64,000 nucleotides of DNA from contig CP182352.1 of the NCBI GenBank assembly GCA_048571215.1, positions 2,688,001 to 2,752,000 on the forward strand, read 5' to 3'. Below the pieces are notes generated by a model. It made no database searches. It saw only the letters and a list, made by a program, of their open reading frames with translations, and had not been told where the DNA came from. A program made the position numbers and the translations under genes. Within the stretch, counting starts at the first letter, position 1, and each line of letters begins with the position of its first letter. Positions 56,151 through 64,000 of the stretch are shown here, piece by piece. The DNA comes from Halarcobacter sp. (GTDB lineage: Bacteria > Campylobacterota > Campylobacteria > Campylobacterales > Arcobacteraceae).

Positions 56151-56750
56151 TTTTAATTGCATGCAATTGTCTTGTAGAACAAAGTTCTCCGCTTTCTTTA
56201 CTTTTAGTGGTAAAAGTAAAACAAAAGCCACCAGACGCATTGTTGAAGGCAAAGCTACCTTCCACTTTTTATTTTTTTACTGCGTTGCGGGACTCGCTAA
56301 AAGAGTGAGTTAGTCACTCTTTTTTTACGCTCAAACATGTCCTCACTTTTCACCGTAAAAAAAGAAAAAGTTCCAGCTTCAACAAAGTCTGGACTAAAAT
56401 TCCCTAGCTTTGAACTTTCAAAATATATATTGAGTATCACACCAACAAAAACAAAATGGTATAAAAAAATGCAAATGTCCTTATCCCACTTTCCCGCATT
56501 TGAGAAGCCGAGTGTTTATTTATCCTTTTTGAAAACAAGTGACTAAACTGTTTGAAGCGTAAAAAAATGTGCTGGGAGCACATTTTAGCAAGTTTTTAGG
56601 CACTCAAAAGGGATAAGTAATAAGCGAGGGAACCTTCGGCTTCGAAACCTGCGAGATGGTTTCTTTGCTACTTTCTTTTTCACAAAAGAAAGTCGAGAAA
56701 GCCAAGACGTACAGTAAAAGTTTAACTACACTCAAATATATTGATAATAG
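56151..56750. repeat. ~600-bp structured non-coding unit, copy 1 (candidate large ncRNA or MITE-like element)
   Basis: Direct repeat of 56751-57345; many nested stems; GC-richer than flanks by eye; only short shadow ORFs. Confidence 0.85.
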
Positions 56751-57345
56751 TTTTAATTGTATGCAATTGTCTTGAAGAACAAAGTTCTCCGCTTTCTTTA
56801 CTTTTAGTGGTAAAAGTAAAACAAAAGCCACCAGACGGTTGTTAAAGCTAAAGTTCCCTCCAGCTTTCTAATTATTTCCTGACCTGCGGGACTTGATATA
56901 AAACGTGACGTTCAGTCACCTTTTATATCTTCGAACAAGTCCTCGGTCTTTTCCGAAAATAATTAGAAAACTTCCGGCTTCAACAAAGTCTGGACTAAAA
57001 TACTCTAGCTTTGAACTTTTTCATACTATTTGAGTATTACACCAATTCAAATAAAATGGTACTAAAAAATGTAAAGGTCCTTATCCCCACCTTCCCGCAT
57101 TTGAGAAGCCGAGTGTTTATTTTGCTTTTCGGAAAAGTTTTTCAACTGTTAGAGCGTAAAGAAACGTAACTAACTTACGTTTTAGCGAGTTTTGAAAAAC
57201 AGAAAAGTGAAATAATAAGCGAGGGAACCTTCGGCTTCGAAACCTGTGGGATGATTTTTTTGCTACTTTTTTTTTCACAAAAAAAAGTCGAGAAAGCCAA
57301 GACGTACAGTAAAAGTTTATTTATACTCAAATATTTTGATAATAG
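56751..57345. repeat. ~595-bp structured non-coding unit, copy 2
   Basis: Blocks identical to copy 1 alternate with diverged stems that keep pairing; ATAGT at all three junctions. Confidence 0.85.
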
Positions 57346-57594
57346 TATTGATATAACACAACATAATATATTTATCATTTTGTTAAACTATCAAGATTTT
57401 CACCCAGTAGTCATACAAAATGATAAGATATTACGGATATACGTTAATAATCTAACATATAAAAGTACATATTTATTTACATTATTTTATATTTTATTGA
57501 ATTTTAACTATTTAAGGCTTATTTGAGTTAATATCTTTACATTTTTAATGTTAAGATATTAGATGTTTTTATACATTATTTATATATAATGTAT

Positions 57595-57614
57595 TACTAA
57601 TAAGTAGTTATGAC
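57595..57614 (+). other. attI-like recombination site / cassette start
   Basis: TACTAAT-AAGTA-GTTATGAC: L box, 5-bp spacer and GTT core as in attI1 (CCCTAAA-ACAAA-GTT); TATAAT at 57585-57590. Confidence 0.5.
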
Positions 57615-58547
57615 AACAGACAAAAAAGGTAAATAAAGTGTTCAAATATAAATATAATAAACTTTTTCAGCCAACAATAGATGCATTGCAGCAGTTAGGT
57701 GGTTCAGGATCAATAAGTGAAATTGAGGAAAAAGTTATTGAAATTTTAAATTTAACTGATGATGAAATCAATGATATTCATAAGGGGAATACAACAAAAC
57801 TGACATATCGATTAGCTTGGGCTAGAACGTATTTGAAAAAATATGGATTGATTGAAAATTCATCAAGGGGCATTTGGGCTTTAACTGAAAAAGGATTAAA
57901 AGGTCAAAATATTGATGATGAAGAAATTAGAAAATTTGTTGTTAATGAAACCAAAAATAATGACGATAAAGACATGCCTGATGAAGAAGAAAATATAACT
58001 ATTAACAATGAAATTTCAAAATTATCATGGAAGGAAGAATTACTTAATGTTGTCAAACAGATGGAACCACAAGCTTTTGAAAGATTATGTCAAAGATTGC
58101 TAAGAGAACTTGGTTTTATAAATGTAGAAGTTACTCAATATAGTAATGATGGTGGGATTGATGGGAAAGGTGTAATTAGACTTGGAGGTGTTATGTCATT
58201 CCATGTAGTGTTTCAAGCAAAAAGATATAAAGACAGTGTTAGTGCTCCTGTAGTTAGAGATTTTCGTGGAGCAATGATTGGCAGAGCAGATAAAGGACTT
58301 ATTATTACGACGGGAACTTTTACCAGAGAAGCAAAAAAAGAAGCCCAAAGAGATGGTGCACCACCGATTGATTTAATTGATGGCAATGATTTTGCAGAAA
58401 AATTAAAAGATTTAAAATTAGGTATAAATATTGAATTTGTTGAGACGGTACATATCAAAAAAGAGTGGTTTGACAATTTTTAAGTCATAACAAATCAGAG
58501 GAGCCAATAAATTACCCTGCGGGCAATTCATCGGCTCATTTTAAACG
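57608..58547 (+). mobile_element. Integron gene cassette (Mrr ORF + attC)
   Basis: Starts G/TTATGAC, the exact reverse complement of GTCATAAC right after the stop codon; ends at G/TT of attC. Confidence 0.8.
57638..58483 (+). CDS. mrr: Mrr-family type IV restriction endonuclease
   Basis: Mrr_N winged helix (RLAWARTYLKKYGLIE..RGIW) and catalytic AFERL..DGGIDG..QAKRY. Confidence 0.9.
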   Translation: MFKYKYNKLFQPTIDALQQLGGSGSISEIEEKVIEILNLTDDEINDIHKGNTTKLTYRLAWARTYLKKYGLIENSSRGIWALTEKGLKGQNIDDEEIRKFVVNETKNNDDKDMPDEEENITINNEISKLSWKEELLNVVKQMEPQAFERLCQRLLRELGFINVEVTQYSNDGGIDGKGVIRLGGVMSFHVVFQAKRYKDSVSAPVVRDFRGAMIGRADKGLIITTGTFTREAKKEAQRDGAPPIDLIDGNDFAEKLKDLKLGINIEFVETVHIKKEWFDNF

Positions 58548-58553
58548 TTATTC
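58484..58553 (+). other. attC site (~70 bp)
   Basis: GTCATAAC...GTTATTC ends; central 17-bp stem 58501-58537 with 14 Watson-Crick pairs and 3 A/C mismatches that become G.T on the bottom strand. Confidence 0.8.
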
Positions 58554-58568
58554 ATAAAAAAACCTATC

Positions 58569-60131
58569 CTACAACCCCGGAGCCTTCCACATTGAAATAG
58601 TCAAACCCTCATCGACTAACTTCAATTGTTTTTGGTAAACCTCCTGCCACTTTTCCTTTATCCCATCATATATTTTCTTATTTTCCATATTTGGCAAATA
58701 CTCTTTATCCCAAACTACAAGCTCACGTGCTGCTGTTTGCAAATCTTTGTAGATACCAGCTCCTACTCCTGCACTCATAGCTGCTCCTAGAGCTGTGGCT
58801 TCTGTTACTTTTGGAATTTTTATTTTACACCCTGTTACATCTGCTAGGGTTTGGCTCCAAAGTTTTCCTTTACTTGCACCTCCTGCAAATACTATTGTGT
58901 CAAATTGACAGTTTGTAAACTCTTTTACTTTTTCTAGATTTATTGAGCTAACTATACACGCATTCTCTTGCAGGGATTTGAACATGGAAGCTTTATTACA
59001 TATATTTGAATCAATGCTTAGGTTTAAAAAACTTGGGGCTGCATGGTACCATTTACCATAATTCATACTATCACTAAATATTGGCATAATCCCATATGAG
59101 CCTACTGGTATATCTTTTGCTTTTTCTTCTAGGATTTCATAGGCATCTTTGTTTTGCTCTTTTGCTTCAAGTTTTTCCATTTCACAAAAAACATCCCTAA
59201 ACCATCTCATTATAAGCCCACAAAAAAAAGTGATCCCTTCTGCTTGGGATTGCTTTGGTATTACATGGGGATTAACTCTAAGGCTCATATCTTTTGGTGG
59301 TAAAACCTCACTTGATATATTTACTATCTGTTGCCAAAAAGAGCCTCCTAGAATTGCTACTTGTCCAATATCTACTACTCCAAGCCCTGCACTTCCAAGC
59401 TGCACATCTCCACCACCTGTAACCACTTTTGTATTTATAGATAAGGAGGTTTCATCACTTGCTTTTTTTGTAACATTACCTATTACAGTTCCAACTTCAT
59501 AACATGGGCAAAATATATTATCTTTTAATCCAACACTTGAAGCCATATTTTTATCCCAGGCTCTTTGTTTTAAAGAAAATATTCCTGTAGTTCCTGCATT
59601 ACTAGGATCAGTAGCAATAACTCCTGATAGTTTTGCCAATATCCAATCCCCTATCATAGAGATATTTGCAACTTTTTCATAAACTTCAGGTTTATTATTT
59701 TTAAGCCACATTATCCTAGGCAGTGCACCCAAAGCAAAGGTTTGTCCAGAAGTTTCATAAAACTTTTCTTCAATATTTTCAAAAGAGTTTTTCAGATACT
59801 GAACCTCTTTATAAGCTCTTGCATCTACATTTGCTACACCCCAAAGTTCATTTCCATCCCTATCATATAAAGCTATAGCTTCTCTCATACTTGTAGCACT
59901 TACGGCTAATATATCTTCAGGATTTATTGATACATTATTTATGGCATTTTTTATACATTTTTTAGTTAATAGCCAGTTTGTTTCAAAATCAAAACTCATA
60001 CTATTTGCTACACTCTGCTCTTCAAGATGTGTCCACTCCTCTTGACTAGCTGAGATTTGATTTCCTTTTAAATCAAAAAGTACAGCTCTAACACTACCAG
60101 TTCCTGCATCAATTGCCAATAAATACCCCAT
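58569..60131 (-). CDS. lsrK: Autoinducer-2 kinase
   Basis: YLLAIDAGTGSVRAVLFD, SATSMRE, SGQTFALGALPR, GGSFWQQ, RVNPHVIP, WYHAAPSF, C-terminal WKAPGL. Confidence 0.9.
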   Translation of the reverse strand: MGYLLAIDAGTGSVRAVLFDLKGNQISASQEEWTHLEEQSVANSMSFDFETNWLLTKKCIKNAINNVSINPEDILAVSATSMREAIALYDRDGNELWGVANVDARAYKEVQYLKNSFENIEEKFYETSGQTFALGALPRIMWLKNNKPEVYEKVANISMIGDWILAKLSGVIATDPSNAGTTGIFSLKQRAWDKNMASSVGLKDNIFCPCYEVGTVIGNVTKKASDETSLSINTKVVTGGGDVQLGSAGLGVVDIGQVAILGGSFWQQIVNISSEVLPPKDMSLRVNPHVIPKQSQAEGITFFCGLIMRWFRDVFCEMEKLEAKEQNKDAYEILEEKAKDIPVGSYGIMPIFSDSMNYGKWYHAAPSFLNLSIDSNICNKASMFKSLQENACIVSSINLEKVKEFTNCQFDTIVFAGGASKGKLWSQTLADVTGCKIKIPKVTEATALGAAMSAGVGAGIYKDLQTAARELVVWDKEYLPNMENKKIYDGIKEKWQEVYQKQLKLVDEGLTISMWKAPGL

Positions 60132-60152
60132 GAAAATCCCTTTAAATAATAA

Positions 60153-61319
60153 CTATTTTTTTAGTTTAGCCTGCTCTAATTCCCAGTATTCCATCTCAAA
60201 ACTATCTTTTAAACCTATACTTTCATAACCACCTAATTTATCTGCTTTTAAAACTGCATTCATAGTGTGAGTTACAATATCATCAATAATATTTGCCTCT
60301 TTTTCATTTTTGCCAAAACTAATCACACCAAAATCTCTTATAACTACATAATTAGGAGCAGGATTTAACATGATTTCATCTTTAGCAAATTTTTTAAAAT
60401 ACTCTTTATACTCCCTTTCAAACTCTAATAATGCAAGCTGTTCATTTTCATCTTCAAGAACTAAAGGAACTCTTTTTGTTCTAATAATATGCTCAGGGGT
60501 TAATACACCTCTTTTTTTGTTTTCATTACTCAACCTTGAATAGTTCAATGCCAATTTGCTTTGATTGATTTTAAATACAATATCAAAACCTTTTTTTTGT
60601 GATAAATAGTGTTCTAATTTAGATATATCAAACTCTCTTGCCTCAATCTCATCTAATTCAAGTGAAGCATTCTTCTCTAAAAATTTTTCAGCTAAGCTTA
60701 CTGCTTCAATCATCTTATCATAAGATTTTTTTCCATCATCATCAAAGGTAAAAATCCCATGATTGTGTAAGATTATCCCCTCACAAGTTTCCCAATCTAT
60801 ACCTTTACTCATCTCATAGATTTTTTTTGCTAAGACAAATCCAGGCATCACATAAGGCACTATCAAAAAATTTGGAAATACTTTTTTAATATTTTCAATG
60901 CCTGTTTTACTATTAGAAATAGTTACAACTGCATCTGCATGGGTATGATCTACAAATTTAAAAGGAATTATTGCATGTAAAATTGCCTCAACAGATGGGT
61001 TCGGAGCACTTTTATCTATCATTGCAGCTTTTTGTTTATTTACCATATCAGAATCGCTAAGTTCTTCTAAGGTAGCCATCTTTTTTAAAGTATCAAGTTT
61101 AACAGGAGCAAATCCTTCCTCTTTGATTGAAACAAGATCCCAACCACTACCTTTTACATAAAGGATATCTTCACCATCAACTTTTGATTTTACAGAAGTG
61201 TTTCCTCCACCATGAAGAACCAGTTCATCACTTCGACCTAATAGATTTGATGTGTATACTCTTAAAGCTAAATCACCTTCAAATGATTTTGCTTCATTTT
61301 CATCCCAAAGATTTTCCAT
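60153..61319 (-). CDS. Class II aldolase (RhaEW/YuxG-type aldolase domain, no SDR domain)
   Basis: HGGGNTSVK, VKGSGWDL, PSVEAILH, DHTHAD, HNHG, EYWELEQAKL. Confidence 0.85.
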   Translation of the reverse strand: MENLWDENEAKSFEGDLALRVYTSNLLGRSDELVLHGGGNTSVKSKVDGEDILYVKGSGWDLVSIKEEGFAPVKLDTLKKMATLEELSDSDMVNKQKAAMIDKSAPNPSVEAILHAIIPFKFVDHTHADAVVTISNSKTGIENIKKVFPNFLIVPYVMPGFVLAKKIYEMSKGIDWETCEGIILHNHGIFTFDDDGKKSYDKMIEAVSLAEKFLEKNASLELDEIEAREFDISKLEHYLSQKKGFDIVFKINQSKLALNYSRLSNENKKRGVLTPEHIIRTKRVPLVLEDENEQLALLEFEREYKEYFKKFAKDEIMLNPAPNYVVIRDFGVISFGKNEKEANIIDDIVTHTMNAVLKADKLGGYESIGLKDSFEMEYWELEQAKLKK

Positions 61320-61322
61320 TTT

Positions 61323-61607
61323 TTAACCTAAAATCTCTAAATGTTCTGTGTACTTTTTTTCACAAAATGGTTCATAAGATGATTTATAAATTGCATAGTG
61401 ATCTGTTTTTGCATGGGCAGCTAATGCCTCTTCTTCCCAAGATTCTACTGCATAAAATTTTCTTCTATTTTCAGTACATTGAAAAATATCGTAAAATATT
61501 ACACCCTCTTCTTTTTTTGAAGGTTCAACCATAGCTGATAAAAGCTCTTTCATCTTATCTTCACAACCCTCTTTTGCTATAAATGTAACTCTTTTTGTAA
61601 TAGTCAT
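61323..61607 (-). CDS. ABM/LsrG-like protein
   Basis: KKEEGVIFYD, FYAVESW, ALAAHAKTDHY; first gene of the lsrK operon. Confidence 0.8.
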   Translation of the reverse strand: MTITKRVTFIAKEGCEDKMKELLSAMVEPSKKEEGVIFYDIFQCTENRRKFYAVESWEEEALAAHAKTDHYAIYKSSYEPFCEKKYTEHLEILG

Positions 61608-61724
61608 TTTAAAAATCCTTATAATTTAATATAGATATATTATAAGGAAATTTCTCTTATATCATTGTATATAAGTATAAAGAGTTTTAGTATTTGAAGA
61701 TTATTAAAAAATGCGTAGTTTATA

Positions 61725-61748
61725 AAATGACTGAAAAACCAGTCATTT
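61725..61748 (-). terminator. Terminator hairpin after pgpA
   Basis: AAATGACTG-AAAAAC-CAGTCATTT. Confidence 0.55.
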
Positions 61749-61753
61749 AAATT

Positions 61754-62227
61754 TTATGATAAAATAAATCTTTCTATTAAGTAATAAGTACCAGAAGTAG
61801 CAATACCAGCTGCAACACCAGCCAATAAATCATCTCCCATAACTCCCCAACCACCTTTAACTTTTTGGTCAATTCTTCCAATAACTGAAGGTTTCCAAAT
61901 ATCGAAAAGTCTAAAAAACACAAAGGCTAAGGGTACAATTATATAGATGTTTTCAGGAGTAATCACACAAATCGATAGGGTTAGCCACATACCTGCTAAC
62001 TCATCTATAACTATCTCTTTGCCATCATGTGCTCCCACTTCTTCTTCATACAAATCTATTTGTTTTATAGCAATTGCTGTTATTAATAATGAGAGTAAAA
62101 AAAGTGTTGAAGGATGTACAACCTGAAGTAATAAAACCCCTAAAATAAGAGCAACAAAACTTCCAACTGTTCCAGGAGCTTTTGGACTTAATCCACTATA
62201 AAAAAGTGTTAAAAAAAGTTTTCTCAA
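61754..62227 (-). CDS. pgpA: Phosphatidylglycerophosphatase A
   Basis: PKAPGTVGS, IVIDELAG, FRLFDIWKP, GVMGDDLLAG. Confidence 0.94.
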   Translation of the reverse strand: MRKLFLTLFYSGLSPKAPGTVGSFVALILGVLLLQVVHPSTLFLLSLLITAIAIKQIDLYEEEVGAHDGKEIVIDELAGMWLTLSICVITPENIYIIVPLAFVFFRLFDIWKPSVIGRIDQKVKGGWGVMGDDLLAGVAAGIATSGTYYLIERFILS

Positions 62228-62236
62228 ATCTTTACC

Positions 62237-63121
62237 CTACTTCTTTTTTTCTATTCCAAGTTTTTTTCTCTTTTCCCAAAGAGATTTTCTTGAGATACCA
62301 AGTTTTTTACTAAGTTCTGTATCTGGATATTTTGTTTGAAATGATAAAACCATCATCTTAACATAATCATTTATAGTCATAATATTATTTGACATCATCA
62401 ACATATCACTTTTTTGGAATTCAACTTTTGTATAAGGAAACTCTTCCTCTTTTTCTAAAGATACTAAAATACATTTTTTATCTTCAATATACTTAATCAA
62501 ATTCTCTTTGGCACTCTTTTTCAAACTATGAAAATCTGTAAGATAAAGAATACCATTAAATTTTTCATTTATTTGTTTTTGCCAGTAATCTGAACTAAGA
62601 GAGATAAACTTCATTTGCAAATCTAATTTTCTTGCTAACTCAAAAGATAACTTATCTGCACTTATTTGTGAATTTGTTTCTATTAAAATTGGAAAAGTTG
62701 TTGGTAGTATACAACCACTTGTATCAACCTCATTAAATTGAAAATCTAAATACTCTCTTAGAGTTTGTAACTCTTTTCTAAGTGACTTACACTCCCTATA
62801 ATGATAAATTTTTCTAACTAATTCATCCATAATAAAGGGTTTCATAATATAATCTTTTGCACCCTCTTTGATTGGATCTGTTACAGTTTCATCTGAAATA
62901 TATGAAACTAATAAAAGAATAATAGAATCATTGTATCTTCTAATAATAGTCTTACAAAGTGCTGCAGGTAGTGAGGTTGATAGAAGTATTATGTCATAAT
63001 CTTTTGTTAAGTTGTCAATATTTGGTGATTCAACAAAATCACAATTATGTCCATCATCAAGTAACCTTGATACAACCTTCTGCGCTAAATAAATTTCACT
63101 CTCAATAATCAATATATTCAT
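62237..63121 (-). CDS. Atypical response regulator (HP1021/Cj1608-like)
   Basis: Receiver with IILLS in place of the phospho-Asp; C-terminal Fis-type HTH DTELSKKLGISRKSLW; lies between ispDF and pgpA. Confidence 0.8.
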   Translation of the reverse strand: MNILIIESEIYLAQKVVSRLLDDGHNCDFVESPNIDNLTKDYDIILLSTSLPAALCKTIIRRYNDSIILLLVSYISDETVTDPIKEGAKDYIMKPFIMDELVRKIYHYRECKSLRKELQTLREYLDFQFNEVDTSGCILPTTFPILIETNSQISADKLSFELARKLDLQMKFISLSSDYWQKQINEKFNGILYLTDFHSLKKSAKENLIKYIEDKKCILVSLEKEEEFPYTKVEFQKSDMLMMSNNIMTINDYVKMMVLSFQTKYPDTELSKKLGISRKSLWEKRKKLGIEKKK

Positions 63122-64000
63122 TCATTTTCCCAATTATAATATTTTAAAGTTGCACTAGATTGTACGGCAACCCCTTCTTTTCTCCCTATAAAGCCCAACT
63201 TTTCTGCTGTAGTGGCTTTTATATTTACAAACTGTTTTTCCAAATTTAATAGATTTGCTATAGTTGATTTAATCTGCATTTTATATGGATTAATCTTTGG
63301 TTTTTGAGCTATTATTGTAACATCTACATTTACTATTTCATAACCCACATTGTATATAAAAGTAACAATCTTTTCTAAAAGTAGTTTAGAATCTACACCT
63401 TTATATTTTTCATCAGTATCTGGAAAAAACTCTCCAATATCTCCAGCTCCTGAAGCTCCAAGTATTGCATCAATCAGTGAGTGAATTAAAACATCCCCAT
63501 CACTATGAGCTTTAAATCCAAAATCTATATTATCAATTTTTACTCCACCAAGATACATCTGTTTGTTTTCTTCAAAGGGATGTATATCAAATCCTGTACC
63601 AGTAAAATAATCATTCATAGGTTTTTTCAAACAATCTAAAGAAAATAGTTCTTCACCAAAAGTTAACTTTTTACTTTTGATAGAACCTTTTATGTATTTA
63701 ATTGTTCCACCTATACTTTTAATAGCGCTACTATCATCTGTAAACTCTATATTAGTATTTAAAGCATTTTTTAAAACTTCACTATTTGATAGTTGAGGAG
63801 TTTGTATAAGCTTAACCTCATCTCTATTTATTGTCTCATTTTTAAATACAACCGTATCACTCACATCCAAAGTAGGTACTATACAATCTGCATTACTCTT
63901 ATTGGCTACTAAATCCAAAACTACCTTTTTAGGGATACAAGCTCTTGCAACATCTGTAACCATTACATAATCACTTTTAACATACTCTAAAGCATTTTTC
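63118..64000 (-). CDS. ispDF: Bifunctional IspD/IspF, 3' part (start beyond right edge)
   Basis: DVARAC, IQTPQ, TDDSS (IspD); GFDIH, HSDGDVLIH, DIGEFFP, KATTAE (IspF); frame open to window edge. Confidence 0.95.
   Translation of the reverse strand, partial: KNALEYVKSDYVMVTDVARACIPKKVVLDLVANKSNADCIVPTLDVSDTVVFKNETINRDEVKLIQTPQLSNSEVLKNALNTNIEFTDDSSAIKSIGGTIKYIKGSIKSKKLTFGEELFSLDCLKKPMNDYFTGTGFDIHPFEENKQMYLGGVKIDNIDFGFKAHSDGDVLIHSLIDAILGASGAGDIGEFFPDTDEKYKGVDSKLLLEKIVTFIYNVGYEIVNVDVTIIAQKPKINPYKMQIKSTIANLLNLEKQFVNIKATTAEKLGFIGRKEGVAVQSSATLKYYNWENE

Noticed and set aside
56151..57345. CRISPR array or group II intron interpretation of the repeats
   Set aside because: Only two ~600-bp units, no short repeat-spacer periodicity, no cas or RT gene, no recognisable domain V or GUGYG start
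57370..57460. Possible decayed intI 5' remnant on the minus strand (RLLTYIRNILSF / YDYWVKILI fragments)
   Set aside because: Faint, frameshifted resemblance in AT-rich DNA; needs a tBLASTN/HMM hit to be supported
56070..57526. Short ORFs of 60-91 aa across the tandem repeat region
   Set aside because: Overlap on both strands, lack clear RBS or domain motifs, and are not kept intact between the two copies; shadow ORFs of a non-coding element

Overview
Very AT-rich chromosomal window from a Campylobacterota bacterium, most likely Arcobacteraceae. This is inferred from conserved blocks (gap-pgk-tpiA-fabI/nadD-rsfS, ctpA-purC-purS-purQ-plsC-crcB, ispDF-HP1021-like regulator-pgpA) and expanded AHQWRQPL-type histidine kinases. 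Most of the window is housekeeping and signalling genes. Four accessory areas stand out. (1) 55.9-58.6 kb: two tandem ~600-bp non-coding units whose stems are rewritten between copies but still pair; each unit holds two homologous structured modules on opposite strands. They are followed by an attI-like site and one integron gene cassette (Mrr nuclease plus attC), with no integrase in the window. (2) 22.5-26.6 kb: a SauUSI-like PLD-helicase-DUF3427 nuclease next to a DCTPP1/MazG-like pyrophosphatase and a nucleoside deoxyribosyltransferase-family gene. (3) 26.6-30.7 kb: a phosphorylase-kinase-like GH15 protein plus glucokinase. (4) 58.6-61.6 kb: a non-canonical AI-2 catabolic operon (LsrG-like, class II aldolase, LsrK). 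Also present are an ERIC-like palindromic element at the fabI stop codon, two small ORFs missing from the ORF track, and a histone H1-like peptide. No rRNA, tRNA or CRISPR array was recognised. All family calls are by eye from motifs; no searches were run.
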